Assembly: GCA_002411015.1 (NCBI GenBank)
Contig: DHPY01000075.1
Span: forward strand, 28,307-92,306
Direction: 5' to 3'
Origin: Armatimonadetes bacterium UBA5352
GTDB taxonomy: Bacteria > Armatimonadota > Zipacnadia > Zipacnadales > UBA5352
Length of the DNA stretch: 64,000 nucleotides
Shown here: piece after piece, positions 17,886 through 26,110 of the stretch
Numbering within the stretch: position 1 is the first letter of the stretch
Layout of the letters: the number at the start of each line of letters is the position of its first letter
The notes under the pieces: model-generated
Databases searched by the model: none
The model's input: only the letters and a program-made list of their open reading frames with translations
What the model was told of the DNA's origin: nothing
Made by a program: the position numbers and the translations under genes

Positions 17886-20800
17886 TCACTCCAGCCCGAA
17901 GAGCTCCACCTCCCGCACCCACATCAGGTTCGGGCGGTCCGCTGAGCCGCCTCCGGCGGGCTGGGAGAGGCGGAAGCGATCGGAGGTCACCGGCTGGTCG
18001 AGGCGGAGCTCGCTTCGGGCCTCAGGCTCCTCGGGCCGCAGCGTGGTGATACTCCACCAGCCCTCGTCCACCGCCGCCTCCAGCGTCACCTCGCGTGAGG
18101 TGTGCGGCATCCCCCCGTCGAGGCTCCACCAGATCGCCGCGCTGCCGATCGTCACCGGGCGCTCGAAGCGTAGCTCGATCCAGTGCGGTGCGGCCGCATC
18201 CGCCGAAGCCCACGCCTCATCCGTCCAGTGCGCGTCCGCGGCAGGATACGCGATGCCATCGTTGATCGGCTCGGCGTCGTAGCCGCTGTAGGAGGAGTCG
18301 ACACTGACAGCCGCCTCGCGCGCGAGGTTGCCCTGCCGCCGCGGGTCCTCCATCACCGCCACGTCATCAAACCAGACGGTTCCCGCGCGATCGCGCAGCA
18401 GCAGGTAGACGTTCACGTTGCGGATCGGCTTCTCCGGCTCGATGATCAACTCGCCGATCTGCCACTGGTCGGTGTCGGTGGCGAGCTGATGGATACGCCC
18501 GTAGAGCGGCGTCCCGTCGGTGTAGTAGATGTCCACGTAGAGCGACCAGCCGCGATCCGGCGGCCCGGCGACCTCGCCCCTGCTGGCGGCACGAACGAGG
18601 ATCGGCGTCGGCCGCTCCTGGTTGAGCGTGATCGTCTGCGAGACCTCGCTTCTCTGCGCCCGGCTCTCGTTGCGCATGCGCACGGACGCCTCCCCGCCAT
18701 GCGCCACCTGCGTATCACGCTCGACCTGCCCGGTCGCGCTGGAGCCCCATGCGGTCAGTTCTTCCTCGAAGCCCGGGTTGCGCAGCAGGTTCGCCTCGGC
18801 CGGTATGAACAGCATCTGCGCGCTGTCGGTCGCGGTCGCATCCCCGGCGGTAGCGTTCGCGGTGATGGCCACCGATCCGGCCTCGGGGGTGCCCTCCGGC
18901 GCGACGAGCACGCTCAGGCGCTCCTCAGCGCCGGCGGCGAGGCTGACCTCGCGCGGTTCGGGCGCGGCCCAGCCATCGGGCGCATCGAGGCTGACCGTGG
19001 CCTCCACCGGGCGCGCGCGATGGTTGCGTACGCGCACCTCCACGCGGAACGCGCCGGTTGCGTCGTCGGTGCCTGCGGAGGCAAGCTGCAGCTCAAGCGG
19101 CGCCACGACCTCGACCTCGCGCGTCACGCGGATGGGCACTGCGGCATCGCGACCGCCGAGCAGCACCTCGCCCGTCAGCGCCAGCCTCTCGCCCACCGGC
19201 ACATCGGCAGGGACACGGAGCACGTAGGCGTCATCGACGCGCTGGACGGCCGCCGCCCCGGTTACGGTGACCGTGCTGCGCACCGGAAGCCCGCCCGTGT
19301 CGCCGACAGAGATGGCCACGGTCGCCTCGTCGCCGGCCGCGATGGTCGTGGGCGCGGTGAGCGTTGGCGCACCGATACCGAGGCGCGCCAGCAGTGCCTG
19401 CGCGACGTGCGCCTCCACGGCGTCGAGGTCGCGCAGCATCCGGCGCGCGGGGTTCTCCGCATCGGTCTCGGCGATCCACTCGCGGGTGGCCCCTGCGCGG
19501 GCGCCGATAGCCAGCAGCGCGTCGGGAGACCTGGACTGCTGCGCGGTGTCGATGGCGGCCAGGAGGCTGGCGGTCTCAGCGGTGAGCCGCACACGCTGCT
19601 CATCGCTCAGCGGATCGTACCAGCGCGCGAAGTCCGCGTTCTCCACGTAGTCGCTGCCGAATTCGTCCTCGATGGTGATCGAGGCGATCTTCAGCCGGCC
19701 GCTCACGCCGGCCTCCATCTCGGGCCGGAGGTTGATCGCCCGGAGCGGCTGTTCGGGCTCGAGCGTGAACTCAAGCTCCTGCCAGTCATACGTTCCCTTC
19801 GGCAGATCGAAGTTCGTGGTCTCGTAGTGCGTGAAGCTCTGGCTGACCCACGCGTGCCGGGCGGCGAGGCGCACGAAGCCATCGCCCTCCACGCCCTCGG
19901 CCGAAACGCGCACGCGTATCGTCACCGGCGCGGCCTGCGGCTGGAAGAGCATCGCCCACTGCCACGCGGCCTGCGTGCCGCGATCGATGCCATCGAGCAC
20001 CAGCGCCTGCCCCTCACGCGCGTAGCCCTCGGCGTCGCTGTGCCACGCGTAGGCGATCGCGGGGCGGCCCGTCTGCGCGTCGGCGTCGCGCATCACCTGG
20101 CCGAGCCGGACGATCTCAGCAGCCTGCGCCAGCCGCCACGCTGCCGCCTGCGCCGGTGCTGTCACCTGCAGCATCATGACGCCATCCGCCTCGACCTCAA
20201 TCTGCGCGGTAAGCTGCCCGTTCCGGCGCGCAAGCTCGATCGCGCTTCCTGAGAGCACATCCATGCAGCGAACATCGCGGCTGAGGCCGAGCGCGCGAGC
20301 ATCGATAGTGAGCGTCGTCGCATGGGGCTGCGCGTCCTCATTCAGGAGCGTCAGCCAGAGCACGCCATCCTCCCCCGGCCCGAAGCGCTCGACGAAGACG
20401 CTGTCGCTCGACGAGCGCGCCCACGTCAGAGGCTCCCAGCCCGCGGCGGCGAGGGTCTGCACGAGCGGCTGGTAGGTGAAGATCTCGCGGTCGCGCTCGT
20501 AGTACTCCGGATGGTCCCAGTAGCGCCCGCCGGGCCCGAGGCCGCTCGGCGGCCAGTCGAAGAAGCCCGGGAAGATGCCGTAGGCGAGGCAGCGCTTGTG
20601 GAAGAGCAGGATCTGCTCGTGGCCCATCTGCTGCTCGTAGTTGCCCTTCAGGAGAGTGAGGATCGGCTTGTGATGGGCGGTGCTGCGCAGGTAGTTCATC
20701 TGCTCGCGCGGGATGCGCAGGCTGGTCTCGCCGCCGAAGACGTCCAGCCACGGGGCCACGTAGAAGCTCGAGCCGAATGCGCCGTTCATCATCGTGATCT

Positions 20801-22199
20801 GCCCCTGCGGCCGGAGCTTCTCAGCCGCGGCGCGGGCGAACTCGCAGGAGGAGAAGAAGTTGTTGAGCACCGGCTTCTCCGCGATCGGGTCCCACATCGG
20901 GGGCGCGTCGGCCGTCGCGAAGTGCTCGGTGCGGTAGTTCAGGCCGGTCGAGAGACCGTCGTAGTAGAAGCCGTCGAGGCGGCCGCCGGTCTGCTCGAGG
21001 ATGCTCGCCGTGCGGCGGTCGGCCTCATCGAGCGTCCATGCGCCGTAGGCAAGCTCAGGATCGAGGTTGAACTGCGCGATAATGTGGCCGTAGACGCGCG
21101 CCGGGAGGATGTTGTAGAGGCCCTCCGGGGTGAAGAGGCCGACCGCTTCATAGACCCCCTCCTGCCGGGTGCGCGTGCGGAAGCTCTCGATCATCACCTC
21201 AAGCAGCCGCTCGTAGCGCGGCAGAGGGTCCACCTCAGGGTCGTGGCCGGGGATGTTCGCGAACTGCCCGGCATGCGTGAGGTAGATCGTGTCGAGCACC
21301 TCGATGAGATCGTCGTAGGCGACCTCAGGCGCGCCCTCCTGCAGCCCGAAACGGAACTCGTTCGCGTTGTCTATCTGCGAGAGCTTGCTGAAGGCCATCC
21401 ACTGCCCCGGCTGCGGCACGTAGACCTCGAAAAACTCGGGGTGAAGCTCGTAGTATCGCTGCACGGCGCTGCGGAAGCCCCAGTCGGCGTCGCAGGCATA
21501 CAGCTCGCACTCGAAGGTCCACTCGTTCGGCGGGACGGTGTCGGGCGAGAGCGCGAGGTCGTAGACGATCTGCAGCTGGCGCGTGTCGGGGTCGTATGCG
21601 GTGCGGAAGATGCATGGGCGGTCCATCGGCACCGCGAGACAGAGGCCGACGGGCCCGGTGAGGACCGTGCAGAAGTTGCGGTTCGAGGCGCCCACGCGCA
21701 GGGAGGGCTTGTCCGTCCACTCCGGGAGGTCCGGCCACTCACTCAGCTCGCGCACGTTCTCGTAGACGGTGCCGAGGCCGATCTCGCGGGCGGTCTGCAT
21801 GTCGTCATGCCAGCGCCAGCCGACCGCATCCACAGGGAGGTTCAGGCGCAGCAGCAGGCCCCGCGCGGGCAGATCTGCCTGACCCTGCAGGTGCGTGGTG
21901 ATGCGCAGGCGGCCGCCGACCTGCTCCACCGCGACCGCGGCTGAGGCATCGAGGCCGGGGAAGCTGTACGCGCCATCCGCCGCGAGCACTCCCGCGACGA
22001 ACTCACGGTCGCCGGTGACATCGGCAAGCTCCACCAGCGGACAGGCCTCGGCGGCGCCGATGACGCTCTGCCCGGCGACGGAGAGACCGGTGACGGTGCC
22101 GTCTGCACTGAGAGCCAACTCAATGGCGGACTCCTGCGCCCCGGCAGAAGCAGCGATGAAAAGCGAGAGCATCGCGACTGTGGTGAGCGATCTGAACAT
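17886..22199 (-). CDS. Giant secreted multi-domain carbohydrate-active protein (1437 aa): catalytic-like core plus CBM4/9-type module and C-terminal F5/8-type-C/discoidin-like module
   Basis: Signal peptide MFRSLTTVAMLSLFIAASAGAQ. CBM4_9-like NLLRNPGFEEELTAW...VWFDDVAV. C-terminal galactose-binding-like block. Long uninterrupted ORF. Confidence 0.5.
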   Translation of the reverse strand: MFRSLTTVAMLSLFIAASAGAQESAIELALSADGTVTGLSVAGQSVIGAAEACPLVELADVTGDREFVAGVLAADGAYSFPGLDASAAVAVEQVGGRLRITTHLQGQADLPARGLLLRLNLPVDAVGWRWHDDMQTAREIGLGTVYENVRELSEWPDLPEWTDKPSLRVGASNRNFCTVLTGPVGLCLAVPMDRPCIFRTAYDPDTRQLQIVYDLALSPDTVPPNEWTFECELYACDADWGFRSAVQRYYELHPEFFEVYVPQPGQWMAFSKLSQIDNANEFRFGLQEGAPEVAYDDLIEVLDTIYLTHAGQFANIPGHDPEVDPLPRYERLLEVMIESFRTRTRQEGVYEAVGLFTPEGLYNILPARVYGHIIAQFNLDPELAYGAWTLDEADRRTASILEQTGGRLDGFYYDGLSTGLNYRTEHFATADAPPMWDPIAEKPVLNNFFSSCEFARAAAEKLRPQGQITMMNGAFGSSFYVAPWLDVFGGETSLRIPREQMNYLRSTAHHKPILTLLKGNYEQQMGHEQILLFHKRCLAYGIFPGFFDWPPSGLGPGGRYWDHPEYYERDREIFTYQPLVQTLAAAGWEPLTWARSSSDSVFVERFGPGEDGVLWLTLLNEDAQPHATTLTIDARALGLSRDVRCMDVLSGSAIELARRNGQLTAQIEVEADGVMMLQVTAPAQAAAWRLAQAAEIVRLGQVMRDADAQTGRPAIAYAWHSDAEGYAREGQALVLDGIDRGTQAAWQWAMLFQPQAAPVTIRVRVSAEGVEGDGFVRLAARHAWVSQSFTHYETTNFDLPKGTYDWQELEFTLEPEQPLRAINLRPEMEAGVSGRLKIASITIEDEFGSDYVENADFARWYDPLSDEQRVRLTAETASLLAAIDTAQQSRSPDALLAIGARAGATREWIAETDAENPARRMLRDLDAVEAHVAQALLARLGIGAPTLTAPTTIAAGDEATVAISVGDTGGLPVRSTVTVTGAAAVQRVDDAYVLRVPADVPVGERLALTGEVLLGGRDAAVPIRVTREVEVVAPLELQLASAGTDDATGAFRVEVRVRNHRARPVEATVSLDAPDGWAAPEPREVSLAAGAEERLSVLVAPEGTPEAGSVAITANATAGDATATDSAQMLFIPAEANLLRNPGFEEELTAWGSSATGQVERDTQVAHGGEASVRMRNESRAQRSEVSQTITLNQERPTPILVRAASRGEVAGPPDRGWSLYVDIYYTDGTPLYGRIHQLATDTDQWQIGELIIEPEKPIRNVNVYLLLRDRAGTVWFDDVAVMEDPRRQGNLAREAAVSVDSSYSGYDAEPINDGIAYPAADAHWTDEAWASADAAAPHWIELRFERPVTIGSAAIWWSLDGGMPHTSREVTLEAAVDEGWWSITTLRPEEPEARSELRLDQPVTSDRFRLSQPAGGGSADRPNLMWVREVELFGLE

Positions 22200-22256
22200 G
22201 GCCGCACCCCTCTACGTCGGCAGTCACTCCTGCGGGTGAGTTCGTCGCGCGGGCGG

Positions 22257-22267
22257 CAATCCCTTGA
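22257..22267 (+). repeat. Direct repeat copy 1, CAATCCCTTGA (contains a TTGAC -35-like element)
   Basis: Identical 11-mer recurs exactly 100 bp downstream, in the divergent promoter region between the giant CAZyme gene and the aldolase gene. Confidence 0.4.
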
Positions 22268-22356
22268 CGACCGTGGCGCGCCTCTGCACTTCTGAGGAGG
22301 GGCCGCACGAGCGGCATTCGCGCAGCGGATGTCGCGAGGTCGGCCCATCAGGATGC

Positions 22357-22367
22357 CAATCCCTTGA
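22357..22367 (+). repeat. Direct repeat copy 2, CAATCCCTTGA
   Basis: GCCAATCCCTTGAgG here versus GgCAATCCCTTGAcG at 22255. Confidence 0.4.
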
Positions 22368-22447
22368 GGCGGGCAGGTCCGCGGGCCGTTGGCAGCGAAA
22401 CTCAGGGCCTCTTCACAACACTAATGTAGAGTGGGAAGTGGCGGCAG

Positions 22448-23197
22448 ATGCTGACGAACAGGCCCCTGGAGAAGTTGCGCGCGGGAGAGCCGGCTTTCGG
22501 CCTCGCGATGGCGTCGAGTGATCCGCTGATCGCGGAGGTTATGGGCCGCGCGGGCGCGGACTGGGTCTGGATGGACGAGCAGCACGGCTCCTGGGATCGC
22601 GCGGCGATGTATCGCGCCATCCAGATCATCCAGCTTGCTGGTGCGACGGTCATCGTGCGCCCGGGCTCGAACGAGTTCTTCCGCATCGGCCGCGCTCTGG
22701 ACGCAGGCGCCCTGGGCGTGATCATCCCGATGGTGAACTCCGCAGAACACGCGAAGGCCGCCGTCTTCGCGGCGAAGTACCCGCCGCGCGGCGGGCGCTC
22801 TTCCGGTGGCGTTCGCCTGCGCTTCATGGGCAGCGATTACGCCTCCGCCGCGAACGACAACACCCTCGTGGCGGTGATGGTCGAGACGGCTGAGGCGCTC
22901 GGACGGGTGCCGGAGATCGCGGGCGTCGAGGGCGTGGACGCGATCTTCGTGGGCCCCGGCGACCTCAGCGTCTCCATGGGCGTCCCGCAGGGCTCCGACG
23001 AGCACGAGGAGGCGCTCCTGAAGATCCTCCGCGAGGCGAACGGTGTGGGGACGCCCGCAGGCATCGCCTGCGGCAATCCTGAGGATGCGCGCAAGCGGGC
23101 CGATCAGGGCTTCCAGCTCGTCACCGCGGGTTCCGAGAGCGGTATGATCTTCGCCGGAATCGCACACATGATGAAGACCGTCGGCCTGGCCGACTGA
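22448..23197 (+). CDS. HpcH/HpaI-family 2-keto-3-deoxy-sugar-acid aldolase
   Basis: Class II aldolase pattern: FGLAMASSDPLIAEVMGRAGADWVWMDEQHG, VIVRPGSNE, AVMVETAEAL, DAIFVGPGDLSVSMG. Confidence 0.75.
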   Translation: MLTNRPLEKLRAGEPAFGLAMASSDPLIAEVMGRAGADWVWMDEQHGSWDRAAMYRAIQIIQLAGATVIVRPGSNEFFRIGRALDAGALGVIIPMVNSAEHAKAAVFAAKYPPRGGRSSGGVRLRFMGSDYASAANDNTLVAVMVETAEALGRVPEIAGVEGVDAIFVGPGDLSVSMGVPQGSDEHEEALLKILREANGVGTPAGIACGNPEDARKRADQGFQLVTAGSESGMIFAGIAHMMKTVGLAD

Positions 23198-23211
23198 GAA
23201 AGGCGACGCGC

Positions 23212-24585
23212 GTGAACAGACCGAACATCCTGCTGATCGTGCTGGACTCAGCGCGAGCAGACAGATTCTCCTGCTACGGCTACACGAAGACCACCTCGCC
23301 GAACATCGACGCCATCGCCGAGACGGGCGCGGTCTTTGAGCGCTGCCAGAGCGAGGCGCCGTGGACGGTGCCCGCGAGCGTCTCGATGCTCACCGGCCTC
23401 GCGCCGCGCGAGCACGGCGCGGGCGAGCACCGGCAGCTCCCGGAGGGGATGCCTTCGCTGCAGGAGGCGCTCAGCGCGGGGGGCTACACGACGATCCTCG
23501 CGGGCGCGAACGGCTTCATCGGCCCGGTCACCGGCCTCGATCGGGGCTTCCAGGTGGTCAGCAACCCGCTGCATGTGAAGAACCTCTCGAAGCCGCTGAC
23601 GGTCTTCATCACGCGGCCGATGGGGTGGCAGGACAGCTTCGGCGGGGCGATCACCCACAGGCTCATCCGGGAGATCGAGCGCGCGCAGGCACCGTGGTTC
23701 GCGACGATCTGGTATAACGAGACGCACCACCCGTACATGGGCCGCGAACCCTTCAGCACGAGGTTCGCGGAGCGGCCGATGTCGCTCGCGCGGCGCTGGC
23801 GCCTCATGTCGCGGATGCGGCACATGAACGAACTCGCCGCCACGGCCGACACCGAGGAATGGCGCGACGTCCACGCGCTCTACGACGGCGCGCTCGGCTA
23901 CAACGACCACCTCATCGGCCGGTTGCAGTCGGCGCTGAGCGCGATAGGGGCGTGGGAGAACACGATAGTCGTCATCACCGGTGACCACGGCGACCTCCTC
24001 GGGGAGCACGGTCTCGCAGGGCATCGCTGGGCGGTCGGGCTCTACCGGGAGGTCACGCATGTGCCGCTGATCGTGCGCCTGCCGGGGGGCGAGCTTGCGG
24101 GCGCGCGTTCCGACGCGCTGGTGCAGCTTGGAGACATCCCGCACACCCTCGCGGCGATCTGCGGATGCTCCGAGGCACTCGCCCACACGGCCGCGACCCC
24201 GGTGGATCTGCGCGAGGCGGCCGGCGGCTCCGGGCGGGAGTTCGCGGTCTCTGAGCGTGAGGTGATCGACCCCCAGCGCCTGGCGCGCGAGAAGCGCAAG
24301 AACCCGAGCTTCGACTACGCGCCGCACATGGGCTCGATGGCGCTCATCAACGACGGCGCGTGGGAGTACATCCGCTGGGAGACCGCGCGCGACGAGCTGT
24401 TCAGCGCCGACGACCGGCAGCAGGCGACAAACCTGATTGATGAGCGGCCGGAGATCGCCCGGCGGCTGAGCGCGGCCCTCGATGACTGGCAGGCTCGCGT
24501 GCGGCCACACTCCTCCACCACCGGCGTGGAGCTGGAGGAGGACGAGGAGACGCGCAAGCGCCTCGAAGGCCTCGGCTACTTCTAA
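23212..24585 (+). CDS. Sulfatase-family (alkaline-phosphatase superfamily) protein lacking the canonical formylglycine C/S-x-P-x-R motif; W-T-V-P-A-S at that position; GTG start
   Basis: ILLIVLDSARADRF N-terminal metal-binding Asp. GDHGD motif (VVITGDHGDLLGEHG). Motif position reads SEAPWTVPASVSMLTG instead of C/S-x-P-x-R. Confidence 0.7.
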   Translation: MNRPNILLIVLDSARADRFSCYGYTKTTSPNIDAIAETGAVFERCQSEAPWTVPASVSMLTGLAPREHGAGEHRQLPEGMPSLQEALSAGGYTTILAGANGFIGPVTGLDRGFQVVSNPLHVKNLSKPLTVFITRPMGWQDSFGGAITHRLIREIERAQAPWFATIWYNETHHPYMGREPFSTRFAERPMSLARRWRLMSRMRHMNELAATADTEEWRDVHALYDGALGYNDHLIGRLQSALSAIGAWENTIVVITGDHGDLLGEHGLAGHRWAVGLYREVTHVPLIVRLPGGELAGARSDALVQLGDIPHTLAAICGCSEALAHTAATPVDLREAAGGSGREFAVSEREVIDPQRLAREKRKNPSFDYAPHMGSMALINDGAWEYIRWETARDELFSADDRQQATNLIDERPEIARRLSAALDDWQARVRPHSSTTGVELEEDEETRKRLEGLGYF

Positions 24586-24602
24586 CCACTGGAGGCAACA
24601 TA

Positions 24603-25976
24603 TTGGACGCGCCGAACATCCTGCTGGTCGTGCTCGATTCGGCTCGGGCCGACCGGTTTTCGTGCTACGGCTATCAGAAGCCGACCACGCCGAACATCGA
24701 CCGCATGGCGGATGAGGGCGCCCTGTTCACGCAGTGCTGGAGCGAGTCGAACTGGACGCTGCCGGTCAGCTACACGCTGATGACCGGCCTCGCGCCACGC
24801 GAGCACCGCTCAGAGGCCTACCGCGACCTCCCCGGCGGCCTGCCGACGCTGCCGCGCGCGCTGGAGACGAGCGAGTGGTTCACGGTCCTCGCCTCCGCGA
24901 ACGCGTTCCTCGGCATGGCAACGGGGATGCACCACGCATTCGACGCGTTCGAGCTGCCGCGCTTCGACCACCCGCTGCTCAAGCCGATCATGAAGTACGT
25001 GCTCCTGCGCCTCGCGCTCGTGGACAAGGGTGGCGCGGACCTCAACCGCGCGATGCTCAGGCAGATCGCGCGCCAAGAGACGCCGTGGTTCGGCGTCATC
25101 TGGACGGACGATGTGCATCACCCGTGGGTCGGAAAGGGCGAGTTTGCCTCGAAGTTCGCCGACCGCCCGATCTCGCTGGCGCGGCGCTGGAGCGTGCTCG
25201 AGCGCGCGCGGCGGCTGCAGGAGTTCGTCGCGACCGGCTCGGAGCGGGACCTGCAGGACCTCAACGCCCTCTACGACGGCTGCGTGGGCTACGCGGACCA
25301 CCTCGTGGGGGAGCTGCGGTCTGTGCTGGAGGCGACGGGGCGCTGGGAGGACACGCTGCTGATCATCGCGGCCGATCACGGTGACATGCTCGGCGAGCAC
25401 CGCCTCGCCGGCCACGGACAGCCCGCCGGTATGTACCGCCAGCTCATCCGCGTGCCGCTGATCGTGCATGGGCCGGGCTTCCCCTCGGGCGTGCGCAGTG
25501 ATGCTACCGTGCAGCTTGCTGATGTGACGCAGACGGTCGGTGAGATCACCGGCGCCCTTCCGCGCCTTGCGCCGACGGCGGCGCGGCGGGTGGACCTGCG
25601 CGATGCAGCGACGGGGGCGGGGCGGGAGTTCGCGATCTGCGAGCGGGCGGCATGGCCCGCGAATCGGCTTAAGAAGGCGCAAAAGCAGAACCCGAGTTTC
25701 GATTACTCGCCGATGGTGGGCGAGATCCGGTCATGCTATCGCGATGGCTGGCACCTGATAGACGCTGCGACGGGCAGGCGCGAACTCTTCGACACGCTTA
25801 GCGACCCCGAGGAGATGAGCAACCTCCTCGCGCAGGAGCCGGAGGTTGCGCGCGAGCTGCTGGCGATCCTCGACGACTGGCGCGCGAAGGCCCGCCCGCA
25901 TCCGGCGACCGATGGCCTCATCGAGCGCGAGGACCCGGAGGTCGAGGCGCGCCTGCGCGGTATGGGCTATTTCTGA
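24603..25976 (+). CDS. Sulfatase-family paralog (tandem duplicate of 23212-24585), also lacking C/S-x-P-x-R (NWTLPVSYTLMTG); TTG start
   Basis: Same length (457 aa). Colinear similarity to the upstream paralog, e.g. NILLVVLDSARADRFSCYGY, AADHGDMLGEHRLAGHG, C-terminal ...GMGYF. GGAGG RBS 8 nt upstream of TTG. Confidence 0.7.
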   Translation: MDAPNILLVVLDSARADRFSCYGYQKPTTPNIDRMADEGALFTQCWSESNWTLPVSYTLMTGLAPREHRSEAYRDLPGGLPTLPRALETSEWFTVLASANAFLGMATGMHHAFDAFELPRFDHPLLKPIMKYVLLRLALVDKGGADLNRAMLRQIARQETPWFGVIWTDDVHHPWVGKGEFASKFADRPISLARRWSVLERARRLQEFVATGSERDLQDLNALYDGCVGYADHLVGELRSVLEATGRWEDTLLIIAADHGDMLGEHRLAGHGQPAGMYRQLIRVPLIVHGPGFPSGVRSDATVQLADVTQTVGEITGALPRLAPTAARRVDLRDAATGAGREFAICERAAWPANRLKKAQKQNPSFDYSPMVGEIRSCYRDGWHLIDAATGRRELFDTLSDPEEMSNLLAQEPEVARELLAILDDWRAKARPHPATDGLIEREDPEVEARLRGMGYF

Positions 25977-26007
25977 GCGGCGGGGCATGGGGCATAGTCA
26001 TCCGTGG

Positions 26008-26069
26008 GGCAGGCATCCTGCCTGCCGCCGTCGCCGTAGCCGTTTGTGGCGACGGGCTTCCAGCCCGTC
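26008..26069. terminator. Two hairpins between convergent sulfatase-like gene and GH42-like gene: GGCAGG-cat-CCTGCC (26008-26022) and GACGGGC-ttcca-GCCCGTC (26051-26069)
   Basis: Perfect stems read directly. Lie in the 120-nt convergent intergenic region, followed by the REP-like motif. Confidence 0.5.
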
Positions 26070-26080
26070 TGCCTTCCGCC

Positions 26081-26110
26081 GTCCCCCATTCACCCTTCAC
26101 CCCTCACCAT
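26081..26110 (+). repeat. Copy 2 of REP-like motif (CATTCACCCTTCACCCCTCACC)
   Basis: Core TTCACCCTTCACC identical to the copy at 1588-1600. Confidence 0.5.

Noticed and set aside
18183-21944. Plus-strand ORFs of 689 and 540 aa inside the 17886-22199 gene
   Set aside because: Low-complexity antisense translations (RGD/AL-rich). The opposite strand encodes a coherent secreted CAZyme with CBM motifs.
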